DNA from: the human T2T-CHM13v2.0 reference genome, Homo sapiens
Assembly (NCBI RefSeq): GCF_009914755.1
Contig: NC_060938.1
Reading direction: 5' to 3' (one strand)
Length of the DNA stretch: 64,000 nt
A program made the position numbers and the translations under genes. The notes under the pieces were generated by a model. The model saw nothing but the letters and a program-made list of their open reading frames with translations, had not been told where the DNA came from and did not search any database. Below, one piece after another: positions 17,071 to 32,045 of the stretch (positions are counted from its first letter, which is position 1; every line of letters begins with the position of its first letter).

Positions 17071-18655
17071 CACTCCACTCAAGCATTAGCAGTGATCCTT
17101 ATCACCCTATATCCTTACTCATGGTTAAACCACAAAGTGCCTCTGCAACCTGTGTGCCCTGAGAGAGGATGGAATTTTCCCCAGAGAGCACAGTCTTCAA
17201 TTTCCAGGGCCTGGAAAGAGCCGTCTCCCCTGAGGTGGGTGCTGCCTGGCCTTTTATGTTTGAATCTTCCTACATTGGGTTTATATGTTCTAGTGTGGGA
17301 GACAATGTGCTAAAAAAATTAAAAGAAGAAGAAACATAAAAGAACCCGGATACAGATTGTTATGTTGTCATTTGCCTCTCTATAGCCTTAACATTTAGAA
17401 AACGATTTGTGGTTACCAAATTATGGTAAATTGAGGGTTTCAATGGTTTAACCAAGGTTTTCTCTAATATGTTACTCTAGAAGACAGTGAGCAATTACAT
17501 GAATTACAAAACATAAAGTAAACCAAAATATAATGAGAAAAGGCAATTTATTAGTGCTTTCCCCATGCTTTGGAGTATAGTTTGATGTACGCAGAGAATA
17601 GCAATCAGTTTGGCTTTCCCTTCTCCAAGGGTAGACAGTAACTGGAGGATTCTTTTGATCATTTTATTCATTTTGTGTTAAAACTATAGTGCTTCTAATT
17701 TATAGACATATTGTGAATGTCAAGGAAATGTCACCCAAATCATTGAAATACAGTGAAATTCATCTGTTATATTTAAGTAACAGGTTGCCCTGGGCTCCAA
17801 GGGAAGCAAGCTTAAATGGAACGGGGATTTTGACTGTTCAGTTTTAGCACTTTAAAGACACAGAATAATCAAGGTGCATTTCTTAAAGGTAGAGACTCCA
17901 AGGATAGGTAACTGTGAAATATTTCTGGAAAAGCCATTAAGTGGCAGATGGGCATACAGCTACATTTCAGACCCTGATTTGTTTGGTTTAATGTGGACCT
18001 TTTTTTTTCCTTTAAATTAAATCCCAAATCCTATAATGGAGATACTTAAATGAGCCCTCTTGGTCACTAAGGCTTCTATTTCAGCATCCCTCTGAGAAAT
18101 TCAGTGGTCTGTTATAAAAATTGTTTTATGTTTCTGTCAATACCTAAGGAAAAATTAGATTATTCTCCCGATTTTTCCCAATCCTTTAGCTAAATTGGAT
18201 TATTTGCTGAATTAGCCATTACTTTCCAGTGCCATGACAGTGTCTCAGTTGCAAACCTTACATTATAAGCTGAAAAGAATACACAATGTTTATCTTCTCA
18301 GGGAAGCAGCATGGGAGCTTCGCCTTTGGGCTTGTATGGATCCACATTCCACTCCTGCTTTCGCTGCTTAGTAATCAGGTGACCTTCTGCTAGTTACAGG
18401 ATTTCTGTAGTTTTCACCTCTTTGTGACTGCAGTGGGGACACTAATGGTGACTTTGCATGGGTTTAGGTAAGGATGAGATGAGACAGTGCATGTGGAAGC
18501 TCTGGCTCCTAAGTAGGTCAGTGGATATCCTTCACCTCGCAACCCCTCATCCCCCAAATCATTGTTTATTTACTGGGGAAACGTAGAACCAATGATATGT
18601 TTAGACTCAGGATCTTTTGTGGTGAGAATCCAAAACAATGCACCATAAATATATT

Positions 18656-19024
18656 TGTATCAGTCAGGCTCAACCAGAGAGGCAGAGCCAGCAGGAAGTT
18701 GATCACAAGGAATTGGTTTACACAGTAGTGAAGGCTGGCTAGAAAAGTCTGAAATCCATAGGGCCAGTGACTAGAAGGGCAGTGGCTGAGGCTGCTGCCC
18801 GCAAGTGGAATTTCTTCTTCTTTGCGGAGTCCTCAGCTCTGCTTTTAAGGCCTTTTAACTGATTGAATCAGGACTAGTCAGATTATCCAGGATAACGTCC
18901 CTAAAACTCCTTCTGGACGTTAATCACATCTACAAAATGATTTCACACGAACACCTAGGTTAGTGTTTGATTGAATACCTGGGGACTGTAACCCAGTCAA
19001 GTTGACACACCAAGAAGACCATCA
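18656..19024 (-). mobile_element. ERVL solo LTR (MLT2 family)
   Basis: Start 'tgtatcagtcagg', 'aagtctgaaatccataggg', end 'gttgacac...accatca'. Confidence 0.75.
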
Positions 19025-19405
19025 AGCCATCCATTTGGCCTCTCTGGATCCTTTTGTTCATAGAAACCAGTAACTTTTGAAAAGAAGTTACTGTTATTGT
19101 AGTAAAACAAGAGGCTCAGTTTTTTTCAAACTGCAGACAAATAATAAGGAAAATTTGTGATTTCATTAGCAGAGACCAGATGTGAAGAGTCACAATAAAA
19201 TAAATGTTTCTTTTTCTGTTTACTCTCAGAAATTGTCTAATTTTTAATTTGTAATGGATTTATAGTCAGTCTCACCCACCTGGATAGAAGCTCTGTGAGC
19301 TGGGGCTTTGTTGTGCTCATTCCTGAATCATCAACCATGCTTGGAGTAAAATAAACATTAGTAGAATGAGACTATAAATAGCTACTTCCAAAGAAGAGTT
19401 GAATA

Positions 19406-19703
19406 GGTTGGGTGCAGTGGCTCATGCCTGTAACCTCAACACTTTAGGAGGCTGAGGTGGGCAGATCACTTGAGGCCAGGAGTTTAAGACCAGCCTGGCC
19501 AACATGGCAAAACTCCGTCTCTACTAAAAATACAAAAATTAGCCAGGTATGGTGACACACACCTGTAGTCCCAGCTACTCAGGAGGCTAAGGTGGGAGAA
19601 TTGCTTGAACCTGGGAGGCGGAAGTTGCAGTGAGCTGAGATCGTGTCACTGCACTGCATCCTGGGCGACAGAGCAAGACTCTGTCTCAAAACAAAAAACA
19701 ACA
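19406..19703 (+). mobile_element. AluS (Sz/Sx-like)
   Basis: Full-length dimer; TSD aagagttgaa (19394-19403 / 19704-19713). Confidence 0.95.
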
Positions 19704-19999
19704 AAGAGTTGAACTGCATTTTTTTGTTTGAATAAAGAGTTTTCTATTATGTTTATTTGGCACATTTTTGGCTTCAATTGTATGCTGCATCAAGACTCAT
19801 GGCCAAGGATAGTAAATTCCTCTAGAAAAAAATTGTGATCCTGCCTTTTCTTCATGAAAAACAAGCCCTGTTATTAGAGCAGTTAAAGATGAGAGTAACA
19901 ATTTATTGATGTCTTTAAGATTTTGTACTCACTCCTTTATCCTCAACATTTCCTAGAAAAATACACATAATATTTACATAAATTATGGATTATTTGATA

Positions 20000-20820
<821 letters not shown>

Positions 20821-21213
20821 AAATTGATTTTAAAGGTTATCTAATTTAAGCCTTCATTTATAGGTAAATGGAGGCTCAGTGCCTCCAGTCAGTAGTAAGA
20901 TTAGAGATGAGGTCCCCTCTCATCCACAGTGCTTTTCATAATTCTGGTGCCATCTACGTATGTCTATGTTGAAGTTTATTTTTGGAAAATATTTAGTTTC
21001 ATTTTATAATGGTTAGTAAGGATTTGGCTAAATATAGTCTCTTTTGAGTGTGTGTGGTTTTTGCTTACTTTAAGGGGAGAGGAAAGCCAGTTCATCTCCA
21101 GTGCCTGTGAGAGACAGAGGAAAGGGAGACTCAAGGAACTGGCCTGGCATAAGGAGCAAATCTGAGGCCCTTGGCAAGGCCACTGCTGATCAGGTTTCTT
21201 AACTTTGTATGTA

Positions 21214-21493
21214 CAGTTGATCCTTGAACACACAGGTTTGAAATGGATAGGTCCCATATTTTTTCCAATAAGTACACTTGGTCCTCTTTCTCATCAGGGG
21301 GTTCTGCATCTACATCCAAAGGCATTGCAGATCGAAAGTACAGTATTTGAGGGATGCAAAACCCACAGATATGGAGGGTTGACTTTTCGTATGTGCAGTG
21401 CTACAGGGCTGGCTGTGTGACTTGAGTATGTGTGGATTTTGGTATCTGCAGGGTTCCTGGAACCAATTCGCTGCAGATATGGAGGGTTGGCTG
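21214..21493. mobile_element. TcMar-Tigger non-autonomous DNA transposon (Tigger2/MER2-related)
   Basis: Follows TA; starts cagttgatccttgaaca, ends gatatggagggttggctg. Confidence 0.8.
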
Positions 21494-21495
21494 TG

Positions 21496-21545
21496 GAAAA
21501 GTACATACGTCATGTATACAGAAAAGTGCATATATCATGTATACA
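21496..21545. repeat. 25-bp tandem duplication
   Basis: gaaaagtacatacgtcatgtataca / gaaaagtgcatatatcatgtataca. Confidence 0.8.
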
Positions 21546-23384
21546 CAGCTTGTTGAATTTTTACAAAGTGAACAAACCCATGTAACAAGCACACATGTCT
21601 AGGCAGAAAACAGCCAGCACCCCAGGAACACCCCTCACCCCTTTCCAGTCACTACACTCCTTCTTTTCCTCAGCCTCTGAGCCTACTCCCTCACCCATTG
21701 CCCAGGCAAGGCCCTTTGTATTTCTTCACATTTTGTAGTGATGGTGCTGCAATGGTGTGGTTAAATATTGGTCATGAAGGAAAAAGATGAGTTAAATCTT
21801 AGTGCTAATATTTTCTCCCTATGTGAATTGAATCTTTTTAACTCTCTGGCCTCAGTTGTCTTATCTGTAACATCGAGATAATAAAGAAGTGTTGAATTGG
21901 CAAAAGTGTAAGTGAGCTAAGACAAGCGGACCCTTCTGTTAAAGATCCTGGCACAGAGTAGGTGCTCAGTAAATGTTGGGCCCTGAAAACTGGTTGTCTC
22001 TTTATGAGTTGGGGACATCTATGTCATGGGACATCTAAACTGTACCCCATAATGTCAAGAGGCTTTTGACATTAACCTTCCCATGCACATGTTCTCCTGC
22101 CATTGTTGCCACAATCCCTTTTCTCAGGCATTTTTCTATTCTAGGAACAAGATTTCTCAAGCCATCTTTCATCCTGGATGAAGTACAACTGGAATTCCAT
22201 TATGTAGTCTAGTCTCACCCTGCCAGTTCTGGTTTGCTGGCCTTATTGTTAGTTGGATATGAGCTTTGATAAAATTCTTATTGTGGACTTGAAGAAACCA
22301 GCAGTGTAGATCAATGGCTTCTCTCATATTTATGCTTCAGACTTGAAGCTTGTTTCAGGTTTCAACACTAGACACCGTTGGAATGCAGTGCCACTCTCTG
22401 AATAGTTTCCATTCTAAGCCCTGCTCTTCAGCACTGAATGAAGGTCAATATTTCTATCTTTATTAAGAGCTAATGGCAGGTGCTCGATGGGGAAAAATAT
22501 AATGCCATTGTCGACTTCTGCAATTGGATATAGGTGGTAAAATATTCATGTTTTTAAAATCATTCCCATATTTAGAATAATGAACTTCATTTTGTATATT
22601 TTTATCATACAGTTTTAATCTTTTTCTTTACTTACTGGAATCATTAGAGTGGCTAGATGTGCACCAAATGTATATTTTATATGTCATTATTTTCCTGAGA
22701 AGAGGAAGAAACATTTTTTTCTCCTGCCATGGTTTTATTTTCTGCGCAGTATAAGCACATTTTAAATTGTGTCATGAATTTCAGTGCCCATTAATTTAAG
22801 GAAATAGGCCATGTTTGTGACTTTCATGAGGCTGTGGAAATTTCACCATTTGCTTAGATTCACCTGTAAATACAAATTAGTGCAGAGTAATAAAGTATGA
22901 AAAATGTGATTGGAGAGGGAAAGGTGAAGACATTTCCGTTTATTGTTTGTGTACTTTGTATGTGTGTGTGTTACTGTGCTTTTCCCTTTGTTACATTATT
23001 TAATGTTACCATGCCAAAGTAAAGGCACCAGGAACATCAAACACCCCTGTGGTGGCATCAAAGTGATGATGGTATCTCTCTGTTGGGTGTCTTTAGAGTT
23101 TCCAGGTACCAAATTTAGGTTTCTTTAGGGGAACAACAGATTGATCAGCCACATATTCTGAAAAACTCACGTTTCAGGTTGATCCTTTATTTTTCACTAA
23201 AGTCTTATAAGGCTTATATTTTATTACATTAAAAATGAGAAATAAAAGAGAGAGAATCAAATGATTTGTTTGAGTTTACTGAGGACAGAATATCCTTAGA
23301 GTGCTGTAGAAGGTTAACATGTTCTGGTTTTTGATTGTTTATAAATATGACTTCGAACAATGTTTATTAATTTAATAACAACTA

Positions 23385-24140
23385 TTTATTGAGTTCTTAC
23401 TTTGTGCCAGGCCCCTGCCATATGCTGAAGATGCAATAGTGAGCAAGATATGGTCTGCCCATGAGATCATAGCCTAGTGAGAAGGCCAGATATGAAAGCA
23501 CAGTCATAATCCAAAGATAGTAGTGAAGTGGAGACACAGCTAAGTCCTGTAATATCTTAGCTGTGGGAGTGAACAACATCAGGATCCTAGTTTACTTGTG
23601 GGTTAAGGGGCATCAGGGGTCTTCCCAGTTGAAGATGAATACAAGTTTTCCAGATAAATGAGTGGAAGGGCATTATAAACCAGCAAGTACATACACATGG
23701 CGTAGTTCAGTGAAATGCAGGAGTCGATGCTTCAAGTGTTTTGCTCAGATCGTTTTAATGGCATTCAACCAGGCACTGGTGGTATATCATGATAATTCCT
23801 TCTCTAGTACCACATCTCATAGGAGTATAAAATCCTGAGAGTCCAATCTCTGTGACATTGCTCATGTCCATTCCCTCTGCTCTTCCTCCATTACCAGTGT
23901 TTATATCCTCATTTCCTACCTGGACCATTGCAGTTGTCTTCTAAATCATCTTGCTGCCTTTAGTCTTGACTGCCTTGAATCTATTTTCCATATTGCTGCC
24001 AAAGTGATCTTTCTATACTCAAATATGCTCTTTTCTCTGTGTTTAGAATCCTGCAATGCTTTCCAATGGCAATAACATTAATCTAGACACTTTTTGCATG
24101 GTATAGAAAACTCCCATGATTTGGCTCCTGTTTGACAAGT
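23385..24140. mobile_element. L2 LINE relics
   Basis: 'tatttattgagttcttactttgtgccaggc' (L2 terminal motif) and 'cctggaccattgcagttgtcttctaa...gctgccaaagtgatctttct'. Confidence 0.6.
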
Positions 24141-24311
24141 TTTTGATATCTCTATTTATCTTGAAAGTAAACATGAGGTTTCTGGGGCAGAGATGAAAGT
24201 TATTAACCCTGCATGCTGGGGGATGGGAGAGTCTGCACTGCAGAAAAAGGAATCCTGAAATTGCGAATCTGGGATCGTATATAGGTTACAGACTGCCCAC
24301 TCTGACTTCTT

Positions 24312-26752
24312 CTTCTTCTTTTTTTTTTTTGTTAGCTCCCACTTATAAGTGAGAACACGTAGTGCTTGATTTTCTGTTCCTGTGAGGATAATGGCTTATG
24401 GCCCCATCCATGTCCTGCCAAGGACATGACCTTGTTCCTTTTTTATGGCTGCATAATATTCCATGGTGTATATGTGCCACATTTTCTTTATCCAATCTAT
24501 CATTGATGGACATTTGGGTTGATTCCATGTCTTTTCTATTGTGAATAGTGCTGCAATAAACATACGCATGCATTTATTTTTATAATAGAATGATTCATAT
24601 TCCTTTGGGTATATACCCAGTAATGGGATTGCTGGGTCAAATTGTATTTCTGGTTCTAGATCCCCGAGGAATCATCACACTGTCTTCCACAATGATTGAA
24701 CTAATTTACATTCCCACCAACAGTGTAAAAGTGTTCCTATTTCTCCGCAGCATCACCAGTACTGTTGTTTCTTGACTTTTTAATAATCAGCATTGTGACT
24801 TGCATGAGATGGTATCTCATTGTGGTTTTTCATTTCTCTAATGATTAGTGATATTGAGCTTTTGTTCATGTTTGTTGGCCGCATAAATGTCTTCTTTTGA
24901 GAAGTGTCTGTTCATGTCTTTTGCCCACTTTTTGGTGGGGTCATTTGTTTTTTTTCTTGTAAATTTGTTTAAGTTCCTTGTAGATTCTGGATATTAGACC
25001 CTTGTCAGATGGATAGATTGCAAAAATTTTCTCCCATTCTGTAGGTTGTCTGTTTACTCTGATGGTAGTTTCCTTTGCTCTGCAGAAGCTCTTTAATTAG
25101 ATACCATTTGTCAATTTTGGCTTTGGTTGCAATTGCTTTTGATGTTTTTGTCATGAAATCATTGCCTGTTCCTATGTCCTGAATGGTATTGCCTAGATTT
25201 TCTTGTAGGGTTTTTATAATTTTGGGTTTTACATTTAAGTCTTTAATCCATCTTGAGTTAATTCTTGTATAAGGTGTAAAGAAGGGATCCAGTTTCAATT
25301 TTCTGTATATGGCTAGCCAGTTTTCCCAGCACCATTTGTTAAACAGGGAATCCTTTCTGTGTTGCTTGTTTTTCTCAGGTTTGTCGAAGATCAGATGGTT
25401 GTAGATGTGTGGTCTTATTTCTGAGATTTCTATTCTGTTCTGTTGGTCTATGTGTCTGTTTTGGTACCAGTACCATGCTGTTTTGGTTACTGTAGTCTTG
25501 TTGTGAAGTTTGAAGTTAGGTAGCATGATGCCTCCTTTGTCTTTTTGCTTAAGATTGTCTTGGCTATGTGGGCTCTTTTTTGGTTCCATATGAATTTTAA
25601 AGTAGTTTTTTCTTATTCTGTGAAGAAGGTCAATGGTAGTTTAAAGGGAATAGCTTTGAATCTATAAATTACTTTGGGTAGTATTTCACGATATTGATTC
25701 TTCCTGTCTATGAGCATGGAATATTTTCATTTGTTTGTGTCCTCTCTTATTTTCTTGAGCAGTGTTTTGTAGTTCTCCTTGAAGAGGTCCTTCACATCCC
25801 TTGTTAGCTGTATTCCTAGGTATTTTATTCTCTTTGTAGCAATTGTGGAGGTTCATTCATGATTTGGCTCTCTGCTTATCTATTGTTGGCTTATAGGAAT
25901 GCTTGTGATTTTTGCACGTTGATTTTGTATCCTGAGACTTTACTGAAGTTGTTTATCAGCTTAAGGAGATTTTGGGCTGAAATGATTGCATTTTCTAGAT
26001 ATAGGATCACATTGTCTGTAAACAGATACAGTTTGACTTCCTCTTTTCCTATTTGAATACACTTTATTTCTTTCTCTTGCCTGATTGTCCTGGTCAGAAC
26101 TTCTAATACTATGTTGAATAGGAGTGATGAGAGAGGGCATCCTTGTCTCCTTGTCTTGTGTCAGTTTTCAAGGGGAATGCTTTCAGCTTTTGCCCATTTA
26201 GTATGATGTTGGCTGCGGGTTTGTCATAAATGGCTCTTATTATTTTGAGATATGTTCCATTAATACCTAATTTATTGAGAGTTTTTAAGATGAAGGGATG
26301 TTGAATTTTATTGAAGGTCTTTTCTGCATCTATTGAGATAATCATGTTGTTTTTGTTTTTAGTTCTGTTTATGTGATGAATTACATTTATTGATTTGTGT
26401 ATGTTCAACCCGCCTTGCATCCCACGGATGAAGCCGACTTGATTGTGGTGGATAAACTTTTTGATGTGCTGCATTTGTTTTGCCAGTATTTTATTGAGGA
26501 TTTTTGCATCGATGTTCATCAGGGATACTGGCTTGAAGTTTTCTTTTTTTGTTGTATCTCTGTCAGGTTTTGGTATCAGGATGATGCTGGCCTCATAAAA
26601 TGAGTTAGGGAGAGGTTCCACCTTTTCGATTGTTTGGATTAGTTTCAGAAAGAATAGTAGCAGCTCCTCATTCTACCTCTGGTATAATTCTGCTGTTAAT
26701 TCCTTCTGGTCCTGGGCTTTTTTTTGGTTGGTAGGCTATTTATTACTGCCTC
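24312..26752 (-). mobile_element. L1PA (PA7-PA10-like), 5'-truncated and lacking its 3'UTR
   Basis: ORF2 RT/C-terminal fragments; tail directly after ORF2 end; 11-bp TSD tctgacttctt (24301-24311 / 26762-26772). Confidence 0.95.
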
Positions 26753-27093
26753 CATCCTCCATCTGACTTCTTGAGAGAGAGAGAGAGAGAGAAACCTTTC
26801 ATTGCCTTGTCTTTTACAATCCTTTGGAATGTAAAGAACTGGCTCTAAGGAGTTTCATCCATATATACACTTAAGGAAATAAGTCCCTAAGTCTTTCTGG
26901 AGGTCTCTGGCTATTCAATCACCTTTTAACTTCTAAAACTTGCCCCTCAACCCAAGTTCCAGTTTTCTCTAGTCAGAAAATTGAAATATTTAGACTCTAG
27001 TTTCACACTGCTTGCCTTTCCAGGCTCAACTCCTGTGGCTTCCCTGCTGAAACACTATGCTCCACTCCTGCTGAACTACTTGCAGTTTTCCAT

Positions 27094-27622
27094 TACAGGG
27101 GAGGAAACATACCTTCCTTCTATTTATCTTAGGTTCATTGGCTGAGATACCTGTTACAAAAGACTGATTTACAAGAGAAGAGCAAACAGAAGTTTATTAA
27201 CATGTATACCCCATGTATACATGGGAGATGACCAGGAAAAAATGAGTAAATATCCAAGAAGTGGTTTAGAATTAGGGTTTAAATACTATCCCCAACTGAA
27301 ACAAGAGAGAAGGACGTGGGGAAGGCGAGTTCTGGAGTGGGACCCCTGTAAAAGTACTGTTACAAAAGTAAGGTTTTGTTAATGCTGATTTTTGTTAATG
27401 CCTTCTCCATTTATGAGTCTCTAATGATTTAGTCATTCTTCTCTTTATGGTACAGAGAGGGAGACTCCATTACAAATGGAGATTTCCTTTATTGATGTAA
27501 AATTGTCTTATGAAAAGGTAACTTCTACTCTTTTTCAGAGTTTCTCCTGTGTCTGCTGTTTCTCAAAATAATCCTTACACTAAAGAGGCATATTTTGGGG
27601 TAGCAGATTCTGGTTTCCTACA
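27094..27622 (-). mobile_element. ERV1 solo LTR (MER34/MER39/MER31 group)
   Basis: Terminal 'catattttggggtagcagattctggtttcctaca'; 4-bp TSD ccat both sides. Confidence 0.8.
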
Positions 27623-27699
27623 CCATACTATACATTTCGGGCCCTCATACATTTGTTTGTTGTTTGTTTCAGTATTGCCTCATTAATTTTTTGGTTTAC

Positions 27700-28300
27700 T
27701 ATTTCTATTCAGGCAAAGTTTACATACAGTGAAGTGCACTAAGCTTAATTGCAATTTGGTGAGTTTTGATAAATGTGTACGCCTTTGATAAATGTGTATG
27801 CCTCTAAAGCTCTAAATCAAGCTTTAGAACATTTTTATCACACCAGAAAGTTCCCTTGTATCCTCTTCCAGTCAAAACTACTGTTCTGATTTCCATCACC
27901 ACTGATTAGTTTTGCTTGTTCCTAAGCTTCGTATACGTGGGATCATACAGTACTTACTCTTTCATGTGTGGCTTCTTAAGCTCAGTATGTTTTTGAAATT
28001 CATCTGCGTTGACTGAATCGAGTTTATTCTTTTTTTACAGTGGTATACTTTCCATGTTATGAATATTGCTCAATCAATTTGCTTTATTCTTAGGTGATGA
28101 TGAACATTGGGTTGTTTGCAGGTTTTGCCTATTATGAACAAAGCAGCCATAAGCATTTTTATTCAAGTCTTTTTTTTTGTGGGCTTATTTTTTTATTTCT
28201 ATTAGGTAAATACCTAGGGGAGAATTTCTGGGTTGTAGATGCAGTGTGTGATTAACTATATATGAAACTGCCAAATAGTTTTCCAAAGTGGTTGTACCTT
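27700..28300 (-). mobile_element. Old L1M(C/E) 3' region
   Basis: 'agaacatttttatcacaccagaaagttcc', 'gaaactgccaaatagttttccaaagtggttgtac'; internal 19-bp tandem duplication 27765-27802. Confidence 0.75.
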
Positions 28301-28363
28301 CAGGCTCCATGCTTTTTGCACGTGTTGTTTTCTCTGCTTGGAGTGTCCTTCTGACCCTTCTTG

Positions 28364-29140
28364 TGGTACCGACAGGAGGCAGGGGGGCCGAGTTCCTGGT
28401 GAGGGATCCACCCTCAAGCCTGGACCTGCGGCCCTAAATGAGAACAGACATTCCTGCTTTCCTGCCCAAATGTTGCTTTTTGGCCTGCCCCCCACACCCC
28501 CCAACACCCGCCGCCCATCCTATGTCCATATAAACCCCAGACCTCAGCTGGCAGAGAGACAAGTGGCTGAGTGTTGAGAGGAGAAGCAACTGAGCATTGG
28601 AGACTACGGATAGGCGCAGCTTAACTTCAGACAGCATGACTTCTGAGAGGAGCCTGGCCGGAGATGGCTGGGCTTCAGGGAAAGATCACCTTCTTCTCAC
28701 ACCATCTCCTTTCCAGCTCCCTTTCTGCTGAGAGCTGCCTCCATCACTCAATAAAACCTCCGCATTCACCATCCTTCAAGTCCATATGACCTGATTCTTC
28801 CTGGACACTGGACAGGAACCTGCGTACCAAGAGGACAGGGTGTATGACGCCCTAACTCTCTACTGAGCTGGTTAACACTTAGCCATCAGTGGATGGCAAA
28901 TGCTAAAGGAGCATTGTTTGTAACACACACCCTCTGGGGCTCTAGAGGTGCGGGCAACTGCTAGACTGCGTGGACCAGTATGGAGTTTGCCCCTGCTGGT
29001 GCTTAAAGGCACTCACCTTGGCTCCTGCACCCATTCACCTGTGTGTTCCCCCTCATCCAAGGGGGGTTCGAGCTCCGCAGCTGAGCAAAACAAGCCCCCT
29101 ATCCTTCACAAATTCCTGTGAGGGATCAGGGAACATCTCA
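28364..29140 (+). mobile_element. ERV1 solo LTR (LTR1/LTR27/LTR28 group)
   Basis: 'ccaccctcaagcctgg..ccctaaatgagaac'; TATA-like catataaa; AATAAA ~28750; TG..CA ends; 4-bp TSD cttg. Confidence 0.85.
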
Positions 29141-31169
29141 CTTGGTGAATTTTTCCTCACCTTTTAAGCTGTAGCCCAAGCTTCCCCACCCCTGTGAAAG
29201 CTTCAGCAGAGATGATTATAACACTTTAGGCCACCACTTTGTCTCATTCATTCCTATTTCTGCCACTCTCCTTAGTCTGTGGAAAACAGGGATTGTATCT
29301 TATGTACATTTCACCCTCATTGTGAAATAGTGTGTTAGGGGATGCTACCAGCATTATACATTATATGTCATTCATTCATTCCAGGAGCTTCTACTGAGCA
29401 GTTATCATGCCAGGCAGAGTGTGTAACAAGTTTATAAGTAAGAAAAGTTATGACATCTAGATGCCAATTAATTATTTTATTGATTAATGGATGACTCTGA
29501 TTGATGAAAAATGTTACCTTGAGGATCAGGAAGTTATGGGTGCCAAACTGGGTATATATTCCTTTTTTGTTGTTGTTGTTTATATAGTGAAAATCTAGGG
29601 AAAGCTTGTGTTAAGTTACCTTGGGTTAAACTAAAGCTGCTATTGCCTGAACAAGGCAGAAAGAAATAAACAAGAGGAATGTATATGGATTATTTGATAC
29701 TTAAGGTTACAAAACATTATTATCCCCCAACTCAAAAGTAGGAAGGTGGTACAGCAAAGAAAGGTATCTTATTACTACAGCCGTCCATTTCTTTTATACT
29801 GTTTTTTGGGTTGTAAAATATTTTATCTTTAATTCATCAAAGGAGCATGACACTCTCTGTCTCCTGTGAAGCTGATCTAACCACAGAGCTTTCACTGACT
29901 AGACAGTGGACGTTGTGGGTTGTAGAACAAGATAAGAAACAACATCCAAATGACATATGTGCTGAGCAACAGAAAACAAAAAATGCATTAATTTTAACAT
30001 CTCCATGTACTCTTTGAAAAACAGGTTTTACAACAAGAGAATATTTTAATAATTTGTTGTTCAAAATCTATTGAGTTTCCTCTCCTCCTCCTTAATCCCT
30101 AGGAAGAGGAGAAGAGTTTATTATTTAGTAGTTAGTAAGGTTGATATTTAATGAGAAAGCAGTTCTAAAAAGTGGATGGATTTTAAAGATCTCAGCATGA
30201 AGAAGTTGAAATATTAAGGGCAACAGCTGTCTGTAAACGATTGCTGTTAGCTGAAATTTACGTAGTAAAGAGCAGAAAACTTCTAAGATTACTTCATTCT
30301 TAACATTTTAATGCTCAAACTATAAGACAATGCAACACTTTAAGTTGGTGACTTTTAAGTTTTATTTTTCAGGAATGCATCGAAGGCAATGAATAAGCTT
30401 ATGTGTCTACCAAAAACACCATAGGAAAATTTTTATGCAACACCATTCTTAGCTAATGTCCAGTTTTTCTCAGAATACACAATCAGATGCTATTTTTATG
30501 AATTTCACTGTCTCTAACAGAGGTTGCTTAAAGGGCTCATGGAACAAAGTGTTGAGGAGTGGGTATGCTTTTAATAAACCAAGGGACATGATGACTTGGG
30601 GCCAAACTACCAACACAGCTTATGTGGTGTGTATTCATTGAGTGTTTGCTATGTTCAAAAATGCTGTGGAGGAAACATTGAAGATATGCAACCTAGCCAA
30701 TGGCTTTGAAAAATCTTAGATCTAGATTATGCTTTGGAACAATTGAATGGCACATTTACATATTAACATAAATAAATTCAATTTCAACAAAGCAGACAGA
30801 GTCCTGAAATAACTTGAAAGGAGTCTTTGAGTGTGATTTTATTATGAGTTTAACCTACTTTAAAAATGAAATCTGGTAATGAAAACTGAAAACCTTTTCC
30901 AGCTCTCAGAATTTTATTTTAGGTCACTGTTAAGGTATAGATTTTTTTTTAATAAATAAAAAATAACTATTTTTTATTGGATTTATTTTAGAGAATATTT
31001 AGAATAAAATCACTTATAATTCCAATAACCAGAGAGAATTGCTTTTTATTCCATCCTTTGTATATGTTTGTATGTACACATGTTCATGTATACATGTGTG
31101 TACTAACATATATAATTCATTAATTTGTAAAATTTGCACATGCTTTTGTACCCTAATTTTTAAAAATAT

Positions 31170-31554
31170 AGTATTAACTTTTGCCTAAAACTGCCTCCAT
31201 ATATATTTTAAGTTCAGCTAAAGGTTTCCCTGTACATTAACTTGATGTATAAATGGACTGTAATTTATTCTTGTACCAATCACAGAGTTTTGGCCAATCA
31301 CAGGCAGCCAGCTGTTCAAACAGTGTTCAAATAAGGCAAATCCCAAGTTGTAATGTATCCAGCTGTTTCTGTACATCACTTTTGTTTTCTGTATGTCACT
31401 TTCTTTTTTCTGTCCAGAAATGTTATCCAACCATGTGGCAACTCCGGAGTCACTCAGAACCTACTCTGGCTCTAGAGACTGCCCAACTTTTAAATCGTTT
31501 TTTGCTCAATTAAACTCTGTTACATTTAATTTGTCTAAAGCTTTTATTTTAACA
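31170..31554 (+). mobile_element. ERV1 solo LTR (MER57 family)
   Basis: 'gcctaaaactgcctcc...aagttcagctaaagg', tandem ccaatcacag boxes, 'gctcaattaaactctgtta', end 'ttttaaca'. Confidence 0.8.
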
Positions 31555-31622
31555 GAGGCAATGTTCATAAATATTTTTCTATGTCACAAAATAAAAATTC
31601 CAGTATAATTTAAAATGACTAA

Positions 31623-32045
<423 letters not shown>

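Noticed and set aside
29830-30520. Acceptor-like sites near 29841 and 30372 (also 40772)
   Set aside because: No paired strong donor or recognisable reading frame; consistent with chance in AT-rich DNA
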